A stretch of DNA of 32,000 bases from Gemmata obscuriglobus (lineage in GTDB: Bacteria; Planctomycetota; Planctomycetia; Gemmatales; Gemmataceae), in contig NZ_CP042911.1 in the NCBI RefSeq assembly GCF_008065095.1, positions 780,001-812,000 on the forward strand, written 5' to 3'. Shown here in pieces: positions 25,501-32,000 of this stretch. Position numbers and translations under genes: made by a program. Under the pieces are notes generated by a model. The model worked only from the letters and a program-made list of their open reading frames with translations. It was not told the DNA's origin and did not search any database. Positions within the stretch are counted from its first letter, which is position 1; each line of letters begins with the position of its first letter.

Positions 25501-26225
25501 ACGCCCCGGAGTACCTGCGGGAGATCAACTTCTGCCGCTCGACCCTGGGCGAGATGCACGCGGCGCTGGGCGCGGCCGGCGGCCCCGGCGGCGCGCCCGA
25601 CGCCCCGGGCAAGCTGATCCTGCCGGACGGGTGCAAGGGCCTGGACGACGCGGCCGACCTGTTCCTCGCCGGGATCGCCCCGGAGGACCTGCTCGCGTTC
25701 GACCAGGCGCTCCAGCGGGACATCACCCGCAAGTTCCGCGGGCTGGGCAACGTGTGCCTGAAGCCGCTGGAGAAGGGGCCGCCGCTGCGCGAGCTGCTGC
25801 TGAAAAAGGCCCGTGAGTTCCTCGACGCGAAGCTCGACCACTCGGACGCCGCGGCCGTGTTCTTCCGCTCGCGGACCGAGAACGGGACCGCGCAGCCGCT
25901 GCTCGGCGAGGCGTTCGAGGAGGCGTCCCCGGAGCTGATCCCGAACGTGTTCCCGCGGCCCTACGAAATGGTGGTGTTCGGCACCCCGCCCGGCCCGGAC
26001 GGCGACCGGCTCCAGGAGCTGGCGAAGCAGGTGCTGCCGGAGACCGAGTTCGTGGGCGCGCCGCTGCCGGACGACATCTGCTTCTACCGCGAGTACCCGC
26101 AGCTGAAGCTGGCCGACCTGCCGCAACTGGGGGAGTACGCGCGGGAGGCGTACCAGCAGATGGTCGCCGGCGGCGCGTTCCCGCACGCCCGCACCGACGT
26201 GCCCTGGCAGCTCCCGATCACGTAA
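22566..26225 (+). CDS. Ser/Thr protein kinase fused to a tubulin/FtsZ-superfamily-like (Tubulin_2-type) GTPase module and a long helical C-terminal region
   Basis: ATG at 22566. The Hanks kinase motifs are GRGGFGEV, LKAAKFV, HLDVKPQN, VADFGLAK and VYAAPE (~22614-23385). A Pro-rich linker spans ~23386-23808. The following module contains VVALGHTGRRVV, ILHIDTDPG, AAGVRAFGRLALF and AYVIAGLAGGTGSGMFLDVAYLL, with GGTGSG encoded at 24303-24320. About 570 aa with no recognised motif follow. Confidence 0.9.
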   Translation: MPVRLVSHEELPHPLNGYRLIERLGRGGFGEVWKIEAPGGMLKAAKFVFGDLDAMDEDSRPAEQELKALERVKLIRHPYILTLEQFRVIDGQLIIVMELADRNLWDRFRECRGQGLPGIPRDELLRYMEEAAEGLDLMNNHYQIQHLDVKPQNLFLLFSHIKVADFGLAKVLEGVRATVTGGVTPVYAAPETFEGWVSRFSDQYSLAIVFQELLTGARPFTGSNTRQLLMQHINGTPDLSALPLADRAIVGRALSKRPDDRWPSCTELVRALKTSGLPPPPPTPTPAQTQPEPPGRPRRAVPGSGAPTMPAAAGHALADSIQVTRVAGGAGQLGGAAAPGLTPPPTQLPPLIKPGGSPAYTPLPALVPPSPSGGRLVPPGSAALNPAQTLNRPVVMPTGRMGSMGIAPPERSGDGALFPALVVALGHTGRRVVEQLKRIITDRHGAAERVPHVRILHIDTDPGAGGADGSDPAGLTVREVVPARLNRSTHYMQRDGLPPVEQWMPTGSLYQLPRNPGPAAGVRAFGRLALFDHYRAVAQRVRQEIETFLTDDPLHQADKATSLGLRTNRPRAYVIAGLAGGTGSGMFLDVAYLLRHELRQVGYLRPEVVGVFFVPRAEVTSPRNAALANTYAALAELHHFQSKRTRYQTVFDKSEAPVTDGEPPFARVMIAQLPKSADEAAARPITGATARALFHELLTPTGRVADEGRDVYCRAYPTDAPTCQTYGLFRLSWPRPEVLAAATRRLAQRQLQRWTGKDAAHLREHIAAWLGQQWADRNLAFDAVVEALQGAARAALREDPERVFDAFIDPLRTRTPSGGRMDATSACSVLDQLIKLVGKPDIENDPQTGTLHAAMSRKFDELVKETEGHVSVMAATFLEVPQYRLPGAEEAVRQIAERLKVQVDALEGVRADLDREVRTVYARLFSAIGSLGGTGLGAMASRKANAAEVLDHLRAYPRKRLQLHTLDLALSVFRKLLGNAPEYLREINFCRSTLGEMHAALGAAGGPGGAPDAPGKLILPDGCKGLDDAADLFLAGIAPEDLLAFDQALQRDITRKFRGLGNVCLKPLEKGPPLRELLLKKAREFLDAKLDHSDAAAVFFRSRTENGTAQPLLGEAFEEASPELIPNVFPRPYEMVVFGTPPGPDGDRLQELAKQVLPETEFVGAPLPDDICFYREYPQLKLADLPQLGEYAREAYQQMVAGGAFPHARTDVPWQLPIT

Positions 26226-26460
26226 CCGGGCGCCGCGCCGCGCCGAACGCCGCCGCGTTGGTGCTCGGGCCGGCGCCACGCGCCTGTCCGGCGCCCCGCC
26301 GGCCCGTTCCCCATCACATCCGCCCGTTTGCTCCAACACGCTTTCTGCCGATCACAACGTCAGTTGCCGGTGCGTAACTTCCGCGCCGCGGCCTTGCGGT
26401 CGTGTCGGTTCTGTGGTGAACTACCGGAATGTGCCCGTGCGTGCGTTCAGGAGTAACCGC

Positions 26461-27522
26461 ATGTTCCGAACCGGGAAGTGGGCCGTTGTGGTCGCGCTCG
26501 TCGGCACCTCGGTGTGGGCCGGGCTCGCGCTGACGGCGCAGGAGCCGCCGCCCGCCAACGCGCAACCGGCCGACCTCACGCCCCTGCGCGAGGCCGTTGC
26601 TGCCGCCGCCAAGCGCGGCGAAAACGTGGACGAGGTCCGCAAGGCCCTCGCGGCTCTCGAAAAGGCGCTCCCGGGCGCCAAGCCCGGCGCGGCGCCGCCC
26701 GAACTTCAGGCCCTGCGCGACGCCGTCGAGGCCGCCGCCCGAAAAGGCGAGAACGTCGAGGCCGTTCAGAAGGAACTCGCGGCCGTCGAGACGGCCGTAA
26801 CCGGGCGCGCGCTTGCACCAACCAAGCCGGTTCCGCCGCCGGCCCGCCCGAACCTGCCGGTTCCGGCCGAGTTCGACCCGGTTTTGCCCGGTCGCGTCGA
26901 CCCGGAAGCGTTTCAGAGGGCCAACGAACTCCGAATAAAGGCGCTCGAACTGCTCCTCAAGAACCCGAACGACCCGGAGGCGCAGAAGCTGACGGCCGAA
27001 GCCCAGAAGCTCATGCTCAAGAGCCTCCGTCCGAACCTCAACGACTTCAACGGCCCGGGTGGGCTGATGTTCCCCGAAGTGGACCCGTTTCCGAACCTGA
27101 ACCGGGTGCCCGAGCGGGCCAGGTTCGGCATCCGGTTCGAAAAGCTCTCGCCGCTCGTCGCGGACCAACTGGGGCTCGATCCCGATGTGGGCGTCGCGGT
27201 CGCCGGAGTGGTGCCGGGGTCACCCGCGGAGCGGGCCGGGCTGAAGGTCCACGACATCGTTCTCCAGTTCGCCGGCAAGCCCGCGAGCGCGAACACCGAC
27301 GAGTTTATCCGTCAGGTGAGCGTGGCGAAGGCGGGCGAGAAGCTCGACGTGGTGGTGCTCCGCAAGGGCAAGAAGGTCGAAATCAAGGGCGTGGTTCTCC
27401 CCGCCGCCGACGGGCCGGCGGTCGCGCCCGCACCGCTCCCGGACCTCGCCCCGCGCGTGAAGCCGCTTCCCGTGCCGGCGGTTCCGAAGGTGGCTCCGAT
27501 CCCCGAGAAGGTTGTTGATTGA
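26461..27522 (+). CDS. Secreted PDZ-domain protein with N-terminal duplicated helical segment
   Basis: The ATG at 26461 is preceded by GGAG with a 9-nt spacer. Signal/TM segment: WAVVVALVGTSVWAGLALTA. The PDZ domain reads GVAVAGVVPGSPAERAGLKVHDIVLQFAGKP...GEKLDVVVLRKGKKVEIKGV. The tail is Pro-rich. Confidence 0.8.
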   Translation: MFRTGKWAVVVALVGTSVWAGLALTAQEPPPANAQPADLTPLREAVAAAAKRGENVDEVRKALAALEKALPGAKPGAAPPELQALRDAVEAAARKGENVEAVQKELAAVETAVTGRALAPTKPVPPPARPNLPVPAEFDPVLPGRVDPEAFQRANELRIKALELLLKNPNDPEAQKLTAEAQKLMLKSLRPNLNDFNGPGGLMFPEVDPFPNLNRVPERARFGIRFEKLSPLVADQLGLDPDVGVAVAGVVPGSPAERAGLKVHDIVLQFAGKPASANTDEFIRQVSVAKAGEKLDVVVLRKGKKVEIKGVVLPAADGPAVAPAPLPDLAPRVKPLPVPAVPKVAPIPEKVVD

Positions 27523-27552
27523 GGTGCGAGCGACCGCGAACGTGGCCGGGAA

Positions 27553-28779
27553 TCAGAACCGCACGTCCAGGCCGACGCTGAACAGGTGGGTGGTGAAGTC
27601 GATCGCGTGCGGGCGCAGCACCGGACCGAGTACGAACATCTCTTGCGCCCGCCGCACGTTGTTCCAGTAGAGGAAGCTGTACCCGGCCGTTACGCGGACG
27701 TGCTCGGTCGCGCGCCAGTTGACCCGCACCCCGCTCTCGGCCACCACGCCCAGATAGGTCAGACGGTTGCTGACGCTCGACTGCGTGACCGGCAGCGTCA
27801 GCGCGCCGCCCGCTCCGAAGAACCGCGACCGCGCGAAGTCGAGTTCGCTCACGGTCACCCCGAGCGCCGTCGCGGCGTGGCCTTCGAGCCAGACCGCCCG
27901 CCCGCCGGTCGCCGCGTGCAGCCCGAGTTGTGGCCCGTAGAAGTTGTTCCGGGTGCGCACGTCGTCCGCCCCGTTGAGCTGCGCGCCGGGCGCGGCGGCG
28001 GCGAGGGACGTGGCACTGAAATTCACGTTCAGCTCGTCGGCGAGGTGCAACTGCCGGTAGCCCGCCAGCAGTTCGATGCGCCCCCGGTCGCCGCGCTCGA
28101 TCGCGCAGCGCCAGTTGAGATCGCCGCCGGCAAACGTGGTTTGGGCGCTGGCGCTGACCCGCCCCGTTGTCAGGCCCGGGAACCCGACGAACGCGGGCAC
28201 CTGTACCGTCGCCCCGCCCGCGGACACGGACTGTGGGACGTTGATCACCACCGCCCCGTTCGGGATCGTGCGGAACTGCGAGTTGCTGGTGAACAGCGAG
28301 TACAGCCGCAGTCCCGCACCGGTCCGCCGCTCCGGGTCCAGCCACATGCCGACTTCGATCCGCAGACCGGTGCGCCAGTCGTTGAGGAGCCGTTTCCCGC
28401 CGAACAGCGGCACGGTCCCGGCTTGCCCCACAGAACCGGCGAGCGCCCCGGCGCTCGCCGGCCCGGTCGTGACCACCGGGGCGACGCTCGCGCCGCGGGT
28501 GCGGCCGATCAGCAACTCCGCCGACATCCAGGTCGGGAGCCCGGGTTCACCGGCGTCGCCCGCTGCGATCGCCCGGAGGTCGTTAGCTGCGGTCGCGTCT
28601 GCGAGCGTCGGGGAGGCCGGCGCCTGCTCTTGCGCCGCCGCGGGCCGAAAAAACGGATCGGTGAAAGGGTCGTGGCCGGTCGCCGGTAGCTCCATCGCGG
28701 AAGAAGATGGCTGCTGCGCGGGGGCGTTTCCGATCACGGCGCACAGCACCGCTACAGCCGCACAGAGCCGGTTCCGCAT
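27553..28779 (-). CDS. Outer-membrane beta-barrel protein (BBP7-like)
   Basis: The ATG at 28779 has GAGGTG 6 nt upstream and gives the signal peptide MRNRLCAAVAVLCAVIGNAPAQQ. The sequence shows alternating beta-strand patterns and Gly/aromatic girdle residues, and it ends in the C-terminal ...LFSVGLDVRF with a terminal Phe, typical of BAM substrates. The overall pattern resembles the planctomycete BBP7 family. Confidence 0.75.
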   Translation of the reverse strand: MRNRLCAAVAVLCAVIGNAPAQQPSSSAMELPATGHDPFTDPFFRPAAAQEQAPASPTLADATAANDLRAIAAGDAGEPGLPTWMSAELLIGRTRGASVAPVVTTGPASAGALAGSVGQAGTVPLFGGKRLLNDWRTGLRIEVGMWLDPERRTGAGLRLYSLFTSNSQFRTIPNGAVVINVPQSVSAGGATVQVPAFVGFPGLTTGRVSASAQTTFAGGDLNWRCAIERGDRGRIELLAGYRQLHLADELNVNFSATSLAAAAPGAQLNGADDVRTRNNFYGPQLGLHAATGGRAVWLEGHAATALGVTVSELDFARSRFFGAGGALTLPVTQSSVSNRLTYLGVVAESGVRVNWRATEHVRVTAGYSFLYWNNVRRAQEMFVLGPVLRPHAIDFTTHLFSVGLDVRF

Positions 28780-29227
28780 GTTCGCACCTCGGGCGCAGTG
28801 TCGATACACCGAACCAATCGGCACAACCAGATCAACTAAATTAAGCGGAATGTGCGCCCCTTGCCGCATTACCACGATGCGCGAAGTGAGAGAAATTGCG
28901 CACCCGCCAAGCCGATAAAGTGGGTAATCTGGGTACGCGGCAAAACGAGCCGCACGCCGATACATGAACCCGTACTTCCGTGGTGTTTTGGTGAGCCCGG
29001 CGCGGACGCGGTGCCGGGACCCCTTGGCATCCGGAATCCGGTGGGTTCAAGTTTTCACGGCCTTGTCACTCGGGCGGCAGACCCGACCACGCTCAGATGC
29101 CACCACCGGCGGATGGCGCACAACCAGCGAACTCGAAACGACTGGAACTATATCGTTGTGACGGCCGTACTGCCTTGGTGCGGGCGACGCTCGTCGCGTG
29201 GGTCGTCGTCCCGGGCAACGAGCCCAT

Positions 29228-29443
29228 TTATACGCACGACTTGACCGCGGCCGCCGGGGCGTTCCTCTTGATGGTGTCGTTCACCTTTGTCAAAAGCGCA
29301 ATTTGTGAATCATAAAATTCAGATATTATCTCGTATTTTTGTATATTGCACTCATCGGTTTGCTGGTGCAATTGGATTGAAACGCTGATCCCGGCCAGGA
29401 TCTGCGACAGGAGTTGCAGCGACAGCTTTTCGTACTCGGTCAT
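29228..29443 (-). CDS. Small hypothetical protein (71 aa) crossing an AT-rich islet
   Basis: The ATG at 29443 gives MTEYEKLSLQLLSQILAGISVSIQLHQQTDECNIQKYEIISEFYDSQIALLTKVNDTIKRNAPAAAVKSCV. The frame stays open through ~100 nt of very AT-rich DNA, where stop codons would be expected by chance. Codon usage is atypical for this genome and I recognise no homology. Confidence 0.35.
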   Translation of the reverse strand: MTEYEKLSLQLLSQILAGISVSIQLHQQTDECNIQKYEIISEFYDSQIALLTKVNDTIKRNAPAAAVKSCV

Positions 29444-29567
29444 AAATCCTGTTCCCCCAGCACCCGCCCCGCAAAACGGGGGCATGGCCCATCGACAGCC
29501 CACTCATCGAACAGCGCGGGCCGACGCGGGCGCCTCGGCGCTGGCCTCATACATGAACCCACATGAA

Positions 29568-29650
29568 CCGCTTTGTTGACGAGCCGCGGCCGCCCGGGAG
29601 CGGGGTACGTGGCACCGCTCCCGGCGGCCGCGGCTCGTCAACAAAAGCGG
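29568..29650. repeat. 83-nt near-perfect inverted repeat (36-nt arms, 11-nt loop)
   Basis: The left arm is CCGCTTTGTTGACGAGCCGCGGCCGCCCGGGAGCGG (29568-29603), the loop is GGTACGTGGCA, and the right arm is CCGCTCCCGGCGGCCGCGGCTCGTCAACAAAAGCGG (29615-29650). The arms are complementary apart from two single-nt bulges. Confidence 0.85.
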
Positions 29651-29810
29651 CCGTGTTGCCGGGTACGTGTATCAGTGGGTAACCCGGCCACGTTGCTTGT
29701 CTGCGGGCTGATAACGTCTACGGAGAGGCACACTGTCAGGAGAATCGACCGGCTACTTTGCCCGCGCCTCTTCGCAACCTGCCGCTACCGCCCCGGTCCC
29801 GCACGTCCGA

Positions 29811-29872
29811 CCTCTCATTCACGGTCCGGGTGGTGGTTTGTTCTTGTGGCGCCGACGTTCCTGTCGGTGCGG
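29811..29872 (+). repeat. Third copy of the interspersed REP/MITE-like element seen at 9801-9913
   Basis: CCTCTCATTCACGGTCCGGGTGGTGGTTTGTTCTTGTGGCGCCGACGTTCCTGTCGGTGCGG aligns with 9801-9863 (TTCTTATTCCCGGTCCGGCTGGTATTGTCTGTTTCTTGTGACACAGACATTCCTGTCTGTGTGG). In the mini-hairpin stem, CCGAC/GTCGG replaces CAGAC/GTCTG, a paired change that keeps the stem intact. The element lies 21 nt downstream of the MCP stop. Confidence 0.7.
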
Positions 29873-29892
29873 CCTTTAAACCGGATCGGGTA

Positions 29893-31914
29893 TCAGAACG
29901 CGGTGAACCCGTCGCCGAGCGAGTCCAGCTCGTGGTGACCGCCCGCGTGGCCGTTGCCGCTGCGCCGCGGGTCGAGGGCTCTGGCCACCGCCGGCCGCGG
30001 TTTCGGCGCCGCCGGGCGCTTCACCGGGCGCGCTACCAGGGCCGTGCCACCGGCGCCCAGCTTGAACCTCCCGACCAAGTCCCGGAGCTGCCCGGCCTGG
30101 TCGGTCAGGGCCTGCGCGGTGGCGCTCATCTCCTCGGTCTGGCTCGCGTTCCGCTGGGTGACGGTGTCCATCTGGGAGACCGCCTTGTTCACCTGCTCAA
30201 TCCCCGTCGATTGCTCGCGGCTGGCGGCCGCCATTTCGGTCACGATGTCGGTCACCCGCTTGACGCTGGTGACAATCTCGGCCAGGGTGTCGCCCGACTT
30301 GTTGACCAGCTCGGTGCCGGCGTCCACCTTCTTCACACTGTCCTGGATCAGGCTCTTGATCTCCTTAGCGGCGGTGGCGGACCGCTGGGCCAGGTTGCGG
30401 ACCTCGGTGGCCACCACCGCGAACCCGCGGCCCTGCTCGCCGGCCCGGGCCGCCTCGACGGCCGCGTTCAGCGCCAGCAGGTTGGTCTGGAACGCGATCT
30501 CGTCGATCGTCGTGATGATGTCCGCGATCTTCTTGCTGGACGCGTTGATCTCGCCCATCGCCTCGACCGCACCGCTCACCACCTGGCCGCCCCGCTCGGC
30601 CGTCTCCTTGGAGCCGCTGGCGAGCTGCCGGGCCTGCTGGGCGTTGTCCGCGCTCTGCTTCACCGTGGCCGTGATCTCCTGCAGCGAGCTGGCCGTCTCC
30701 TCCAGGCTCGACGCCTGCTCTTGAGCCCCCGAGGAGATTTCGTTCGTGGCCCCGGACAGTTGGGCGGAGGCGCTGGCCAACTGTTCCGAAACCTCTTGCA
30801 CCCCTTCCAGCGCGCCCCGCATGTTAACGACCGCCTGGTTCAGGGCCCTGGCCATCTGGCCCATGTTGTCGGTACCGAGGTCCGGGATCGACACGGTGAA
30901 GTCGCCGGCGGCGACCGCCGACACGCTGATCTGGATGGCTTCCACTTTGCGCTGCAACTCGGCCGCCGCGGCCGAGGCGGCGTCGGCTCGCTCCCGCACC
31001 GCTACCGCTTCCTTCTCGGCCCGCTCGGCGACCGTCCGCGCCTCCTGCACCACCCGCTCCTTGTCCCGCTCCACCTGTGCCCGCTCGGCCTCCCTGGCGG
31101 CGATCATCCCGTCGATGGCCACGTTCAGAGCCGTGCCCAGTTGGCCCATCTCGTCGGCCGACTTGACCTCCACCTTGCGGCTTAGGTCCCCCTTGGCGAC
31201 CCCGTCCAGGACCGAGACGGTCTGCGCGAGCGGCCGGGATACGGACGCGGTCAGCAGGAGCCCCAACGAGACGGCCGCGAGAATCGCGCCGGCGGTGACG
31301 GACCGGAGCGTCGTGCGGGCCGCGGCGTACGTCTCGTTGGCCCGAACGTTGTCTTCCGTCCCCAGAACCTCCTGGTAGTCCACCACGGACGTGAGGGCTT
31401 CGATCATCTCGTTCATCGGCTTGGTTTCGCCGATAATCGCGTCTTCCGCCTTGTCATAGCTTTTCTGATCAATGAGTTGGACAATGTTGTCGCTGATCCG
31501 CCGCCATTCTGCGAGCTTGGCCTCGAACGCCTTCCAAGCGATCTCCTCTTTGGGCGTCATAGGCAGCGCGGTGTACCCCTTGATCCCCTCGTCGACCGCT
31601 TTCCGAGCTTGATCGATGAACCCACGGCTCATCGCGAGTTGCTTTTCGTCGCCACGCTTTCCGTAAATGACCATCGTCCGCTCGGACCGCTGCACCGTGA
31701 CGAGGTTGCTCCGCACCTTGCCGAGGTTGCGGAGCGACGGGAGGAGGTTGGTGGCGGCGTTCACCTGGTACTCTTTGATCGTCGCCAGCGCCTCGAACGC
31801 CTGGTAGCTGAGGAACGCGCACGCCCCGGCGACGAAAAGGAAGCCGGCGATGAGCCGCGGGCCGAGGCGCATCTTCGACAGTGCCGCGAGAATGGAATCG
31901 ATCATGTGACGCAT
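29893..31914 (-). CDS. Methyl-accepting chemotaxis protein (two TM segments, periplasmic 4-helix-bundle-type sensor, HAMP, MCP signalling domain)
   Basis: The conserved signalling hairpin reads [60 protein letters not shown]1 is [16 protein letters not shown] and TM2 is [22 protein letters not shown]-like segments follow. The start is ATG 31914, or possibly ATG 31905. Confidence 0.93.
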   Translation of the reverse strand: MRHMIDSILAALSKMRLGPRLIAGFLFVAGACAFLSYQAFEALATIKEYQVNAATNLLPSLRNLGKVRSNLVTVQRSERTMVIYGKRGDEKQLAMSRGFIDQARKAVDEGIKGYTALPMTPKEEIAWKAFEAKLAEWRRISDNIVQLIDQKSYDKAEDAIIGETKPMNEMIEALTSVVDYQEVLGTEDNVRANETYAAARTTLRSVTAGAILAAVSLGLLLTASVSRPLAQTVSVLDGVAKGDLSRKVEVKSADEMGQLGTALNVAIDGMIAAREAERAQVERDKERVVQEARTVAERAEKEAVAVRERADAASAAAAELQRKVEAIQISVSAVAAGDFTVSIPDLGTDNMGQMARALNQAVVNMRGALEGVQEVSEQLASASAQLSGATNEISSGAQEQASSLEETASSLQEITATVKQSADNAQQARQLASGSKETAERGGQVVSGAVEAMGEINASSKKIADIITTIDEIAFQTNLLALNAAVEAARAGEQGRGFAVVATEVRNLAQRSATAAKEIKSLIQDSVKKVDAGTELVNKSGDTLAEIVTSVKRVTDIVTEMAAASREQSTGIEQVNKAVSQMDTVTQRNASQTEEMSATAQALTDQAGQLRDLVGRFKLGAGGTALVARPVKRPAAPKPRPAVARALDPRRSGNGHAGGHHELDSLGDGFTAF

Positions 31915-32000
31915 ACACCTTCTTGTTCGAACGGCGGTAAGTGATCGGTGGGGCGTCCCAGAGCCCTGACCGGGGCGGGGGCGGACCCGTGTATCGGGTG

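Noticed and set aside
22497-26339. A 1280-aa ORF on the minus strand, about as long as the kinase fusion gene
   Set aside because: It lies exactly antisense to a gene with unmistakable kinase and tubulin-like motifs. Its translation is Arg/Gly/Pro/Ala-rich low-complexity sequence with no motifs. This is the typical shadow ORF of high-GC DNA, where stop codons are rare in the antisense frame.
29010-29075. A tRNA-like T-loop string, GGTGGGTTCAAGT
   Set aside because: There is no complementary T-stem partner (CCCAC) downstream, and no acceptor, D or anticodon stem arrangement could be folded by eye on either strand.

Overview
This is a high-GC bacterial chromosomal window. The gene content includes a BBP7-like outer-membrane barrel, many secreted Pro-rich proteins, a Ser/Thr-kinase fusion, an MfnB-type C1-cofactor gene, and a paralogous family of the form 'MTEAEWLAC...HVRGC.VVDLVLGKE'. 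From this I infer Planctomycetota, Gemmataceae-like. I can support about 22 protein-coding genes. They include: a CysK-family PLP enzyme divergent from a TetR-like gene; a secreted trypsin-like protease with three tandem beta-rich repeats; a CotH-family kinase; dnaE interrupted by a full-length LAGLIDADG intein; crcB; a REC-GGDEF regulator; a sigma-70 factor; an MfnB homologue; a 1219-aa Ser/Thr kinase fused to a tubulin/FtsZ-superfamily-like GTPase module; a PDZ protein; an outer-membrane barrel; and an MCP. I found no rRNA, tRNA or CRISPR. Most other long ORFs in the six-frame track are antisense or off-frame shadows typical of high-GC DNA. The best candidate for something undescribed is the kinase/tubulin-like fusion at 22566-26225. 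Secondary candidates are: the protease with triplicated lectin-like modules; the CotH cassette bracketed by duplicated gene ends; a short interspersed hairpin repeat family (9801-9913 and 29811-29872); an AT-rich islet bracketed by 12-bp direct repeats next to an 83-nt near-perfect hairpin; and a near-consensus promoter with a ~375-nt leader upstream of the sigma factor gene. All functional calls rest on motif recognition by eye. No database search was run.
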